Shown: positions 15,130 through 28,604 of the stretch, piece after piece
Layout of the letters: each line of letters opens with the position of its first letter
How positions within the stretch are numbered: the stretch's first letter is position 1
NCBI GenBank assembly: GCA_951406725.2
Contig: OX597830.1
Location: 12,524,001-12,588,000, forward strand
Source: Octopus vulgaris
Lineage: Eukaryota
Length of the DNA stretch: 64,000 nt
Direction of reading: 5' to 3'
Translations under genes and position numbers: made by a program
Notes under the pieces: model-generated
Database searches by the model: none
Told to the model about the DNA's origin: nothing
The model's input: the letters and a program-made list of their open reading frames with translations, nothing else

Positions 15130-17428
15130 CTATGTACAAAAGCTTAACAACTATGTACAAAACACTAACATCTGTCCTGACGGAATATACCTATAGTTTT
15201 TTAACAGACAGCAGCATATTCCCTAATGAACAGAAAGGATGTAAACGTGGATCCTACGGCTGTAAAGACCAACTACTCATCAATAAGATGATCTTAGAAG
15301 ATTGTCACAAACGACACAAAAACTTATCAATAGCCTGGATAGACTATAAAAAGGCTTTTGATAGCCTACCACATAGCTGGATTAGAAAATGCCTTGAAAT
15401 GTATAAGATAGCACCAACTCTGCGAAACTTCTTGACTGTAAGTATGAGATCATGGAGAACCACACTAACTCTGAACAGTGACAGTGAATTCCTAAATGCT
15501 GGTGATGTAAAAATTTCGTGTGGCATTTTCCAGGGTGACTCACTGTCACCACTCCTCTTTTGTTTATCCTTAATACCTCTCTCAAAGCTGCTCAATGACG
15601 CGCAGTACGGGTATAAAATGTTTGATAAAAATATAAATCATCTCGTTTACATGGATGATTTAAAGCTTTTTGCAAAAAATGATCAACAACTCAAGGGCTT
15701 ACTAGCGATAGTCAAACAATTCAGTGACGACATCAGAATGCAATTCGGCCTCGATAAATGTGCAAAGGCTACCTTTATCAAAGGAAAAATGACAGAAACA
15801 TCTAACGTTAACCTTGACCAACAGAATGTCATAAAAGAACTAGACCCAGCGGAGAGCTACAAGTACCTAGGGATAATTGAAGGGAACGGAATAAGGCATT
15901 CAGAGATGAAGGAAAGGATCAGGAGAGAATGCTATCGAAGAGTGAGAGCAATACTCAAGACAGAGCTGAATGCAAGAAACAGGATCGAAGCAATCAATGC
16001 ATTAGCTATACCAGTCGTGACTTACAGTTTCAATATTGTTAACTGGTCAATTACTGAAATATGTCAGCTCGACAGAAAAATAAGGAAACTGTTGACAATG
16101 CATAGAATGCACCACCCTAAGGCAGATACAGAACGACTCTATCTGCCAAGAAAAGAGGGAGGCCGTGGTCTTTTGCAACTGGCAATAACAATGAAGATTG
16201 CTACAATTGGCCTAGACACCTACCTGAAAAACTCTGAGGACTGGATGCTAAAACTTGTCTCAAAACATGAAAACAAGAAAGCATCATACTCAGTCACAAA
16301 ACAGGCAAAGGAATATCTAAGTGAATTCCGAATACAACCAATTTCGGAGATAGATATACAAGAAACAAGCACAGAAAAAGCTAGGCGCATGAAAACCCGT
16401 GCCAAAACTGCGGCCTTAGATATTCTGAATAATAAATGGCAAGAAAAACCTCTCTATGGCAAATACCCAAAGAGAGCAAATAATGCAGATATCGACAAAG
16501 CCCTGACCCATCAATGGCTAATGGCCTCTGGCTTAAAATCTGAAACAGAGGGGTTTATCATAGCAGCTCAAGATCAATGCCTACCAACAAGAAACTACCA
16601 GGCCAACATATTAAAGATCAGAAGCAGTCCAACGTGTCGTGTATGCAAGCAACAAAATGAAACCATTGACCATGTGGTCTCCAAGTGCAGTCTTCTAGCG
16701 CCTACAGAGTATCTCAACAGGCACGATAGAGCTGCACAATATATTCACTGGGTAATCTGTAAAAACCTGGATTTGCCCCATGAAAAAAACTGGTGGGAAC
16801 ACAAACCACCCCCAGTGCTTGAAAATGACCACATCTCACTCCTCTGGAACTTCACCATTCAAACTGACAGGAAGATAGATGCAAATAGGCCAGACATCAT
16901 ATTGAAAAACTTCAAACAAAGAACATGCCTCCTCATTGATATGACTGTCCCAATCGATATAAACGTATCTGTCAAGACCTACCAAAAACTGAGCAAATAT
17001 AAAGATCTTGAAATAGAAATCAGCAAAATGTGGAAGCTGAAGACTAAAACAATACCTGTTGTCATAGGTGCCCTGGGAATGATAGCAAAAGGGGCTGATA
17101 GCTACCTAACTCAGATACCAGGAAACCCAAAAATGGCAGAAGTTCAAAAGATAGTGCTCATGGGAACTGCTCATATCCTACGCAAAATACTCTCTATGTA
17201 ATCTCAAGGTTTAAAACAAACATAATTTTCGTTTTAAAAAAAAAAAAAAAAAAAAAAACCTTTTTCTTTTCTTTTTAGACATTCATTAGTACAACATCCC
17301 CACCCCCCAAATATATGGCACACTAGGCATAACAACAACATGAACTTCCAACCCTGTTGTCTCTTGAGGTCTCTGGGTGAGACTTGGAGCCAACTTGTAC
17401 AAATATAAAGCAAAAGTCAAACATAGAA
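15124..17428 (+). mobile_element. Young 5'-truncated R4/Dong-clade non-LTR retrotransposon inserted in (AAT)n
   Basis: Flanked on both sides by (AAT)n. Dong elements are known to target TAA microsatellites. The 3' UTR ends acatagaataat. Confidence 0.92.
15132..17201 (+). CDS. R4/Dong reverse transcriptase plus CCHC knuckle and restriction-like endonuclease (5'-truncated ORF)
   Basis: 689 aa uninterrupted: WIDYKKAFDS, GIFQGDSLSPLLF, YMDD, YKYLG, CRVC...ETIDHVVSKC, RHD, RPDII...LIDMTVP, KYKDL. Confidence 0.95.
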   Translation: MYKSLTTMYKTLTSVLTEYTYSFLTDSSIFPNEQKGCKRGSYGCKDQLLINKMILEDCHKRHKNLSIAWIDYKKAFDSLPHSWIRKCLEMYKIAPTLRNFLTVSMRSWRTTLTLNSDSEFLNAGDVKISCGIFQGDSLSPLLFCLSLIPLSKLLNDAQYGYKMFDKNINHLVYMDDLKLFAKNDQQLKGLLAIVKQFSDDIRMQFGLDKCAKATFIKGKMTETSNVNLDQQNVIKELDPAESYKYLGIIEGNGIRHSEMKERIRRECYRRVRAILKTELNARNRIEAINALAIPVVTYSFNIVNWSITEICQLDRKIRKLLTMHRMHHPKADTERLYLPRKEGGRGLLQLAITMKIATIGLDTYLKNSEDWMLKLVSKHENKKASYSVTKQAKEYLSEFRIQPISEIDIQETSTEKARRMKTRAKTAALDILNNKWQEKPLYGKYPKRANNADIDKALTHQWLMASGLKSETEGFIIAAQDQCLPTRNYQANILKIRSSPTCRVCKQQNETIDHVVSKCSLLAPTEYLNRHDRAAQYIHWVICKNLDLPHEKNWWEHKPPPVLENDHISLLWNFTIQTDRKIDANRPDIILKNFKQRTCLLIDMTVPIDINVSVKTYQKLSKYKDLEIEISKMWKLKTKTIPVVIGALGMIAKGADSYLTQIPGNPKMAEVQKIVLMGTAHILRKILSM

Positions 17429-17689
17429 TAATAATAATAATAATAATAATAATATTGGTAGTGTCAACATTAGTTTAAACCCCTACAATGAGAATAAAAT
17501 TAATGGAGATGTAGGAATTAGAAACAACAGTAATAACACATCTAATATGTACAATATAGACTGTGACTCCGAAGTATATACTAGCACAGGGATTACTGAC
17601 ACAACGCCTGTTGATGCTGAGATCAATTTAAATGATAGTATAGTTGAAGGAAGTATAAACAATAATAGTAATAATAATAACACCGATTA

Positions 17690-17759
<70 letters not shown>

Positions 17760-17867
17760 GGTGGTGGTGATGGTGGTGGTGGTAGTAGTAGTAGCAACAA
17801 TAACAATAATAATAATAATAATAACAACAATAACAATAATAATAATAATAATAATAACAACAATAAC

Positions 17868-17910
<43 letters not shown>

Positions 17911-19880
17911 GCAATGATAGGAATATCAACAATATTAATTGTAGTAATGCTCCCGGCTGCAATTGTAGAGTTATATCCCACTCTCCGTTATTAAGTCGAT
18001 GTTTAATCCAAAACGTAATTCATAAATGTACTATTGTAACTGAGGCTCGTAACTTTATATATATAGGATGTTCGATAAATAAGAAAAAACGTATCGATAA
18101 CGATTCTTCATGTTTTAGATTCAAACATAAAGCTAACCGTACGTCCTTATCTAGCAACATTTGGGAACTGAAAGAAAGCGAGATCGGATTTAGCCTTAAA
18201 TGGGAGATAATACGGAGAGCGTAGCCTTATAGAGATAGTCGATATGGGTGGGAAATGTGCTCTAGGGAAACGTATGAGATTTTTTAGTATAGGGACAAGA
18301 ACAACCTGATTAATAATAGATTAGACCTAAGGGTATCATGCATGCATAACATCGCCCGTACATTTAAGTATTTTCGAAACTAACGATTATAGTTGCCATA
18401 CTTTAACTTTGATGGTGCAAATTAATTTTGGTGTCGTATCGGTTGTAAACTTAACCTCTGGTATTAAATATAATAAATTCATGAGATATTATGTTATATG
18501 GGAAATTATATTGCATTGCATATGTTATAAGCTATGTGTTATGGTATGTGGTGTGTTATATATAATACTATCCCATGATAACCCCTTTCTGGTTAGTCTG
18601 ACTTCATCCCATTTTGGTGATCACACTATTTTCCTTTCTATGATGTTCTATGATGTTCTACTGATCATATGTATATTTGTAGTGACTTTATGTAGCAAGT
18701 CTCCTTTCGACTAAATCATAAACCCCTTAGAAACTATAAAATCATACATACAATAACACCTGTAACATTACAACTTATAAAATCTCTTCGGTCTGAATAC
18801 CTTTAACTGCTCTCACTACTTCCATACTCTTTATCTCTTCCCTTTATCTCTTCCCCTTATCTCTTCCCTGCCTCAAATTTTAATCCCCTGTCTCTTCATG
18901 TCTAGGCTATACGTACTTATTGTTTTCTACAAATTCTTATTATTTTGTTATTTTATTTTAATATCCTTACTTATTAACCTCTTATCCCTTATAAATTTTT
19001 TTTTCTTAAATAGATAGTTTTCAGTTACTTAAGTTTATGCGAGATATTTATACTACATCCTTATAAACTTATAAATATTTGTGAATGTGCATATATGCTT
19101 ATATACGCATATATAAACGAGTGTGTATCTGTAAGCATCTTTCCATTTTTCTGATTCATGACTGAGAATTAATAGATAACGTGTATATCTTTCCAGTTAT
19201 TCCATAAGTAAATTCTCTGAGCCGTCTTTATAGAAACTACCTAATAAGTAATTAATAAAGTACATAAATGAATATTAAACCGATTCTGTGTAATCTTTCA
19301 TTTTTAACATTTATAATTGATATGTACACATATTTGACCTACTTTGGTTATGATTTCATTCGTGAAATTATTAAATTTTATTTTTATACAACATAACAAT
19401 ATTGTTTATAAGTAATCACCCATAATGCCCCTAAATAAAATTTCCCCTGTATTAACATCTTAGGCTTCTTAGCGTCTGGCCCCTTTAACTAGTAATTGAC
19501 ATCATGATTTAACATCTCCCCCTACCCTGCATCTTTTTATAGATAGTTACTTATATCCAACTCCTAATGTCTGAAGAAAAGGGATACATATGCTAATATT
19601 TATGACCATACCTAGCCATAAGCTGTCAACTCATTCTTGTCCTTTATTCAAAATAGACACAGCCTTTAGTAATTGATAAAGAGATAAATGAATTAGAAAG
19701 GAATTACAATCACTTATAACACTATGACCCTACTTTGCTCCATCTGATTCTTAGAAGTGTAGTCTATTCTTAGCTACAATAGCGACAACATGAATTTCTT
19801 CCATCTTCTTGCTCTGTTAAGGTATTTGAGAGAAATTATATTGATATGTCTTACTTGTTAAAATTCCATTTATTTATTTC

Positions 19881-19966
19881 TGTAGCTGACGATGGAAATG
19901 CATTTAAAATGAGGTAATGATAGCATTGTTCAACTAAATGGAGCTGCTTGAAACGGCCGTACTGCA
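19881..19966 (+). ncRNA. Type I hammerhead motif in PLE 3' region
   Basis: uguag CUGACGA ...(long degenerate stem II)... GAAA cggccg UA cugca. Palindromic stem III ACGGCCGU. Confidence 0.72.
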
Positions 19967-20095
19967 TCACTACTTGATCTCCTGTTGCTTATTTTGATTC
20001 TTTTCACCTTACTTCGAGCTGTGTGGACTGACCTGGTGCTTCAACTTAAGTACCTAATTTAACTGCATCTCAATTATATATATATATACATATAC

Positions 20096-20171
<76 letters not shown>

Positions 20172-20611
20172 GTGCGTCTGTTTCTTTGTCTCTGTGCTTA
20201 TCCTCCAACCACTGAATGACAACCGGTCCTGGTGTGTTTACCTCCCCATAACTTAAAGGTTGGACAGAAAAGACTGATAAAATAAGTACTGGGTTTTAAA
20301 AAATAAGCCCTGGGATCGATTTGTTGGACATCGTGAGTAGAGGATGCAAATAACCACATTAGTGGAACGTACGTAGGGAACAAAGGGAACAACTTCTATA
20401 AACTGCATTTTATGTTTATCATGTTTTCGTACACACACGCACACGCACAAACATCGCGCACACACAGACGCTCTCTCTCTTTCACTTTTTTCTCTCTCTC
20501 TCTCTTTTACTTTCTCCCTCTCACACTTTCACTTTCTCTCCCCCTCTCTCTCTCTCTCACACACAATTATGAATTTTTGTTATTGAATGAGTATTTTAAA
20601 CCCGAAATATG

Positions 20612-21215
20612 TATATTTCTTTACTACCCACAAGGGGCTAAACACAGAGGGGACAAACAAGGACAGACAAACGGATTAAGTCGATTATATCGATCCGAGT
20701 GTTTCAATGGTACTTAATTTATCGACTCCGTAAGGATGAAAGGCAAAGTCGACCTCGGCGGAATTTGAACCCAGAACGTTTCTGCCAGCTCGCCGCCATA
20801 CATTACCCGAAATATGATTACAGTAAATGTAACTCGTGCATTGACGCTCGTGAATATATAAATTTCTGACTGTCATAATACTTTTTTCATTGAGTCTTGC
20901 GGGCTTAAACAAACTCACTGCATTTTAAAAGTGACTTGCAACAAAATTCTAACGTAACATAAGATATCATAACATAGTTTCTTATACTGAAATATAAAAG
21001 CTGCTATTATGGCGGTGACCAGGCGGAATCGTGAGTACCCCAGGCAAAATGCTCAGCAACATTTCGTCCGTTTTACATTCTGAGTTCAAATTCCGTTGAG
21101 GTCGACTTTGCCTTTCATCTTACCGGATCGACAAAATAAGTACCAGTTAAACATTAGGGTCGGGGTAATTGACTTATCTCCGAACTTTCTGGCCTTGTGC
21201 AAAAATTTGGAATCA
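20612..21215. mobile_element. Two family-B SINEs, 20612-20797 (-) and 21010-21215 (+)
   Basis: Shared gtcgactttgcctttcatc core in opposite orientations. Confidence 0.8.
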
Positions 21216-21410
21216 GTATAAAAGCGACTAGTATAATAAATACGGCAGCTATTCGACCTTTTTTTTTAAAAAAAAAGGATTTCAATGCAATGCGCTGTTA
21301 AAATGTTCTATTTTCATTAACTCAATACACAGTAAGACATACACAATTTTTTTTTCTTTGATTTGACATGAAATATGCTTTGGAGATAGCAAGCGAGAAC
21401 ATTGACTTAC

Positions 21411-21472
21411 TGCTTTGCGGAATGACCGTTCGTCAAAGGATTGGCCAGATCGAAAACCTTTTTGAAGGACGT
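21411..21472 (-). CDS. PDE exon (GAF-B)
   Basis: 62-nt exon, tttcacag acceptor and gtaagt donor. Phase 0 in, phase 2 out, encoding TSFKKVFDLANPLTNGHSAK. The frame joins both neighbouring exons. Confidence 0.82.
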
Positions 21473-21722
21473 CTGTGAAAAGAAACAATATTGTTACTAG
21501 AGAAGAAATTATTCTGACAAAAGGAAATTCGGGAGCAGTTTCTAAAATATATGCAAGTTTGCAACAAGGAATTGAAAATACCAATTTAGTGGAATTGCTA
21601 AGTGTATTTCGTTTGAATATCATGTAGCCCAGTATACATCATAGATTTCTTTGAAGTTTCACAAGTCATGGTTGTTAACATGTCAATTTGGTTGCCTGTA
21701 ACTTCATTATTATTTTCTTTTC

Positions 21723-22300
21723 AGGCACAGGCGTGGCTATAGTGGTAAGAAATTTTCTTCACAGGTATATGATACCTATTTCTTTATTACCCACAGGGGG
21801 CTAAACATAGAGGGGAAAAACAAGGACAGACATAGGTATTAAGTCGATTACATCGACCCCAGTGCGGAATTGGTACTTAATTTATCGACCCCGAAAGGAT
21901 GAAAGGCAAAGTCAACCTCGGCGGAATTTGAACTCACAACGTAATGACAGACGAAATGCCGCTAAACATTTCGCCCGGCGTGCTAACGGTTCTGCCAGCT
22001 CGCCGCCTTTCACAGGTATATGATACCGGGTCCAGTTCTACCGCGTAGCACCTTGGGCAAGTGTCTTCTATTATAGCCTCAGACTGACGAAAGCCCTATG
22101 AGTGGGTTTAGTAGATGTAAACTGAAGAAGCACGTCGTACATACACACACGCACACACACGCGCACACACACACACCTATATATCAGTGTGTGCCTTTGT
22201 ATATGTGTTTGTCTTCGCTACCGCTTGGCACCGGGTATCGGTGTTTGCGTCCCTGTAATTTAACGGTTCAGCAAAAGACACCTATAGAATTAGTACCAGG
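21723..22300 (+). mobile_element. SINE A interrupted by a family-B SINE (21777-22008, minus)
   Basis: 19-bp TSD ttcacaggtatatgatacc at 21758 and 22009. Confidence 0.88.
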
Positions 22301-22711
22301 TTTTACAAAAATGAATGAATTAAGTAAGAAGCAAAAGTTACGTTGAAATATGTCGATTCCAAAATTGGTGAGTATTGCATAGATGTGAATCTTAAGCAGT
22401 AGAGTCTCCTTGTTTCTTTATGATTTTTGTTCCAATAAGAGGAATGTAATTCGGTAAACCTTCTCAAACCGAGTTAAAATATAGATCAAAAGGGAAAGAG
22501 AGTAGAACTTGGTATAATATCATGCTTAGATCAAACAATCGTTATTATTTTAGAAAAATAAATTAGTATGATCAAGCTTTCTTAAAACATTTAAACGAGA
22601 GGAGTTTAATACCGAAATCTGCATCGATATTGGGACGATAGAAAAATTTAAGGGGAGAAAGGTGTTCTAATTTGAGAGTAATCAATGAAACACCAGACTC
22701 TAGTAATACCT

Positions 22712-22751
<40 letters not shown>

Positions 22752-22754
<3 letters not shown>

Positions 22755-22941
22755 GAGAGTTTACGAAAAAAAACAAAAGACGAAGATAGGTGGTGTACAA
22801 AACAAACAGATGTATTAGTATAACGCTCAGGAATAGAAAATGTCTTTTTTCGTTTCGAGCCTACGCTCTTCTACAGAAAGGGACACAGAAACAAACAAGG
22901 AGAGAAAAAATGTGTGTAGTGGCTAACGATCTATTATGGCG
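22752..22941 (-). mobile_element. CUGUNGA-family element (copy 2)
   Basis: Reverse complement: ccttt CTGTAGA a gagcgtaggctc GAAA cgaa aaaga. 3' end abuts (TA)n. Confidence 0.75.
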
Positions 22942-24200
22942 TCTGAGCAATGCATGCCAACAAAGTGACACTGGGTTACAATTATAGGGAGCCTAGTATA
23001 GCCATCATGACTACCCGTATGAAAAGGGTACGCCAGGTACATGCATCACAACCATATGTGCGTGACATGGTGATCTTATATCAAGATAAACAGCGCATGA
23101 CCTTGCAGGTGGGGCTCAGTTTGAATTTTCTTGAAGTCAAGTAGTCCATCCTACTCAAAAGGTCCCTGAATAAAGGTTTTATGATGATGTTTCCAGAGGT
23201 GAATTATTCAAACTCCGAAGAACTCCTCCCAACACATGGCTATGATGTTCCCCCATTACTCCTGCTCATAACAAGAGATGCAGATATTATCAGCCACTAA
23301 GGGAGGTGCTCAACTGGTTAAGGTCAAACAACTGACAAGCAAATTTGTAGTATTGTGCAGAATATTTGCTGTAGTTCGTGTTTTATTCCAAGACAAAACA
23401 ATGTACATGATAACACTTCCTGTCAGTTAAGACCAGAAGCCATGAATGCCACTGTCTGGTAATTGTGAACCTCTCTCCTTGTTTGAATAGGAATTCCAAG
23501 TCTTCCAGTAGGTTGGGGAATGTTCCACAGTTTGGGCGTCCACAATTTTAACCATTGGTTTCCCGACAAATGTGAAGCTTCACATATTTCTGGAGTCTTT
23601 TTTTCGAAACACTACCGTATATATCGAGTCACAACCCTAGAAACAATGAGGTATACAACACTATTGTACAAAATCTAGCTATGCTCATTAGGGGAGTAAA
23701 AATGAACAACATTCGGAAAACACATAAATTCATCAAATGTAAAAAGCAACACAAATAGCTGAAAATTTATTTATCGAAAAATACAGAACACGCCCAAATA
23801 CCAACGCATAACCAACTTTGACCTCAGTCTATATATTAATTCATGATTACATCCCCGTCACTGCGAGTATTTCATCTCACTACTCAAGCTTTTGAGTTTT
23901 CGTATATTCATTTATCTCTTCCCCCCAAAATGAGTTATTACCTCCCCTGTCCCAAATAATAATGATCACCAATTACATTCCCTTAGATTTTTTACTTGTT
24001 GATTCATTCACAAATTCACAAACTTCCACTCACATCATGAACTAAAATCTTCTAAAAAAATATGAAATTACAATAATTTCCATGTGATGATTAGCGAGAA
24101 AACCGGTCGACAACACAATACTCTCCTAAAGTATATTAAAAAATACATCAAAACAATGTAAACTGTGTGCATTTTCCTTTTTATTACACACACACACACG

Positions 24201-24306
<106 letters not shown>

Positions 24307-27300
24307 TGTATGGATCTATATGTGTGAGGGGAAAATATGACTGCTCGTGTGAAATAAAAGATAAAAATAATTGCAGTCATGTACAACAATTATCAGAAAG
24401 GACCTAAAATAGACATAGATAAACCCATATCAACGGCCATCTTTTTATTTAGATACCATCTTGGTAAAAGTTGGTATCATTTGTCTGGAAAGCGCCAGGT
24501 TACATACAAAACAATGACATATTTTACTACTGGAAACACAGGAGTCTTTACGGTTAATAACAAACTGCTACGAATAACCAGAATAAACAGATGCAGAGTA
24601 TAAATAAGTACTGTAGTATTTTCCGTATGCCTCTATCTTAAGTCGAAAGATACCTTTGCTTGTTCACTGCTACATGTTTATTTTTGGATTTTGCTATTTT
24701 TATAACAGACTCTTGTCTCATTCATATTTTCAGTCGTCAAGCTTTTCCAACGCCTCCTTTGTTTTAGATCGTAAAGTTTGTCTTCTTTTTGTCTTCTTTT
24801 GATCCTGGTGCTTTCCAGTCGAACGATTTCACCTTTTGCAAGCTCCGAAACCTTGATGACTGTGGATATAAAATTAACTGACAAAATTGATTTATTCATT
24901 AGCTATCTTTTGTTCTTTCTGTTAATTATTGGGCAGTCCTCCACCGTTTTCATTTTCATTTCTAGCGTACGCCGTCATTTTTTCATAGTAACTTTTGGTT
25001 TTCTCTCACTGTCACTCATGCTTACTCTCACTCTAGTTTGCCTTATCTCCCTCTCTGTTTTTCTCCCGCTCTATTTCCCTCACCCAATTCCCTACTTTTC
25101 TCTCATTCTATCTTGCTTTTTCCTCTCTTACTATCTTTCTCTCGATCGATCTTGCTCAGTCTCTCCCTCTCTCTCTCCCTCTTTCTTTCACTTGCTCTAT
25201 CCTTCCCCTTTTGTCTCCTTGCCCTTGTCTCTCTCCCTTTCATTCACTCTCTCCCTACATTATCCCCATTTCCTTTCTGCCGGCCTCCTAATATTCCCGA
25301 ATCCTTTAGCCTTCTGAGCATCACACTGACCTCACGTCTTCAATATTTCTCTTTGTTTGAATCGATTATCCAGACGATGGTCTTTGTATTTTCCATTACA
25401 CTAGTATCTTCCGTTTTCCTCTGTTTTAAGATGAATGACATACTTGCGTATACTCTCAATTAGTTTGTTTTCGTTTTTCACACTTGTTTTTCATATCTAA
25501 CCTGTTTGTTTTCATCCTTAAGACATCTTTAACCCCTCCAGTGTTTTCAGTCGTAAGACTTCTCTTGATTCAAGAAGGACAATTTATTCTTTTCTCCTAA
25601 TTGTCATAACTGTCCTTCACCATTACTTTGATTCCACCCCACACACACGTATTAATGCATAAAGTAAACAATAGAATCCGAACATAAATAGCAATGGCTT
25701 CTACAAACAGTTGAAAATTGGAAAATAATTGTGACGGACATGTCGAATACCCGCTATTTGATTATTTAATTAGTATTTTTCAAAAGTTTCTTCAGAATTT
25801 TGTTTTCAACAAATTTTACCAAAAAATAGTTTTCTCAAATGTTAGCTAATACCATCCCCGCCTATATACACATACTTATTTTTACGTTAAAATTTTTTTA
25901 TGAATTTCCTGTGCAAAATTATGGAGATTACAATTCATAAAAGAATTCGTACAAGATTTTATTTCTCTACCCCTCCCGTCTTTCGAAATCCTACCTCACT
26001 TTCATATTAACATTGTGGGTGTTTTTAAACCCGGCCACCCGTTTTCGCATGTGGAGATGCGTGTTGAAGAACAGGAGACATGAAACTGCAATGTCGTCGT
26101 TTAACATGCTTGATATAACAGTAAAATTTCTAGAAAATAATTTTTTCCAAAATTTCACTTTTCGAAATCAACTTCCTTCCCGGCTTTTGGAATAACAACA
26201 TTCACCCTTCTGAAATAAGTAATGCATCAGCACAATTATTTCCCCTAACCAAACTATGCCAAAATATTAAGTAAAGTTTTTGCCCATGCTAAATTAATGA
26301 GAAGGCCAAATATAGTTTGCTTCTATAAAATTCTTCTTCCTTTGCCATAGTGTTGGACAAATTATTTAAATAGTCTTTAAAAACCAACGAGAAATCATTA
26401 TTATTTTACTTTGTAATTGCGTCTCATAGATTCTTATTGACTCGCAATAGGTTTCTCTTCACGGCTAAAATCCTATGGTATGACTCGGTTCTTTCGCTGG
26501 ACTTCAGTTATAATTCCATTCACATCCAGGATAGCTTTGTTTTTCATACACGAAAAGGGGTTCTTGGGGTATTGTGAGAACTGAAAAGTAAGCGACCATA
26601 TCACCAGATTTCAGAAATTAAGGTTATTTACAACATCTAAAACTTATTTTAACCATGTCAGCGAAGTAACTCGTGGTACCTTCAAAGTATTTCTCGAGAA
26701 TGCTAACGTGACCAAACCGCTGTTACTCCAAACTGGTCGATTGATATTTACTGTAATATTTTCTAACTTCATTAAATTCTTCTACCGCTATTTTATTAGC
26801 ATTTTCTACGTCTTCGGTTCTCCATTAGCATTCTTGTATAATTTACTTTTGGTTCATTTGCATAATTTATTTTATTGTTTAATCTTTTTCAAGAAAAGTT
26901 AATTTTGTTATCTTTTGTACTTTTTGAGTAAGGTAAAAACGATTACTTTTTAACTGTAAAAGTATTAGCTGTAAAAAGAATGGACCAGCAGGGAAAATGC
27001 AGTCACAATACCGATAATATTCTTAATTTAATGTGGAAAAGTACAGGACAGGAGATGGAAAGTTTACAAAATTTCAGCTGAAAATGGAATTGAAATTAAA
27101 AAAAACAATTAATATGTTGGTTTTAGTTTCATTAACAGTGCACTCCCTCATTAGATTTTAACAGCCACTTTGAAACAAATTTATCTATGGATCTTCCAAT
27201 ATTTACTCCCTATAAAATGAATTGTGACAGCTGTTGTGGGGTTGAACCGTTGAACATTTTTAAATGTTCAACTACCTTCTCGTGGTTATTTCAACTTTAG

Positions 27301-28604
27301 TTCAGCTGACTTTAGACATAGAGAACATGAACTGATGGACAAGAAAGAATGAGTAGGATGCCCTTTAAATCATTTAGTAATAGTACATTTAGGCAGCAAT
27401 ATTCTATCAACTCATAAATAATGAAAGATAAACGGTGTAGTGATTTTAGTGAGGTGTCTCTTCCCCAATAAAAAATGAAAATTTATTTCCAAAAGTTTAT
27501 CGAGAGTCTATCTTTTAACCTCTAATCCTCCGGCTCTTGACACACAGGACCGCCACCATCCCAGGACTTGTGTCTTTTATAAAGCTTCATCACCACACGT
27601 CCTTTCCTAAAGCGTACAAAATTTATCTTCTTCAGACTCGCACACGAGAAGGTGTTTTGGAGTAAAAAAAATATGTTCTTTCAAATTTGACCACACCACA
27701 AACATGTCGTTCAACGACACCCTAGTTTTCCCTTCAATTTTCTCCATACTTTTTTTTTTCCATCCGAAGTAGTTTTCCTTTGTTTCAGTCAATTTATTTG
27801 AAATCTTCTCATATGAAGCTTCTCAATTCATTTCAAAAGACGCAGGAAATAAGTATTCTGTGCTGATATAGAAATAAAAACCTGACAATAGCGGAACACT
27901 GGCAGCGAAATAAAACACAGATAAAATAAGTATGTGATTAATTTCCGTTTTAAGTGATTTGCATTTATACATTAAAATAATTAAGCTACACATTTAATAT
28001 CGATTTTTCTTCAGTTAATCCGTCTAATATTCTTAACATTTTCTCATTCTCATTCGGATTAACTTGAGGAACTTATCAAAAGCAAATATATAGTATCTCT
28101 TAAATCCAGCAAGTGAACTGTCCCAACAAAATACCTACTTTTGACCGAAATATACTTGCAGCGGAAACCACTTACGTAGCCAGAAATGGTTATTTCAGTT
28201 TATAATGGTACTCGAGTATTAGCAAATCTCTCTACATCGTCGTATTCTTTAAACTGATAATTTTGTGCAGTATAACTCATCTTAAATATTTTGAACAGAC
28301 ACTATTCACAATGTTTAGGACACTTACAGAAAAATCAATTATTTAGAATTTATCGGGACATAAAATTTAGCAAGTGATTTTTGTCCTTTTCTGTTTTGCA
28401 AGTCATTCCTGGCTAGTGTACCTTAGAGTTTGGAATCACAGAGTTTCCAAAATTGATATTTTTTTCATTCGTGACTAGAGCCTTGTATAACCGCAATCTG
28501 AAGACAGAGAATCGAAAATTTGCTCTATTATAGAATACCTTTAACATTATCATATGATCTAAAAATGCAATCTCAATTCATTTCAGTTCTGTACCTGTGT
28601 TATT

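Larger units (their letters stand above)
14821..20075 (+). mobile_element. Penelope-like element (RT thumb, Asn-rich linker, GIY-YIG, HHR), interrupted by a Dong LINE
   Basis: 14903-15048 reads RIFSSKTVRISYSTIPNIGTTIARINRK. 17940-18224 reads CNCRVISHSPLLSRCLIQNVIHKCTIVTEARNFIYIGCS...TSLSSNIWELKE...LKWEII. HHR at 19881. Ends at (TA)n. Confidence 0.82.

Noticed and set aside
15132-17201. RT ORF as a domesticated host gene or novel system
   Set aside because: Typical 5'-truncated R4/Dong element with a 3' UTR and microsatellite target; the initial Met is an internal residue.
24778-25463. Hydrophobic 179-aa and 141-aa ORFs resembling membrane proteins
   Set aside because: Derived from CT-rich low-complexity sequence and probably the antisense of a degraded LINE.
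28176-28253. Exon-like segment with a gtaagt donor on the minus strand
   Set aside because: Stop codons in all three frames.
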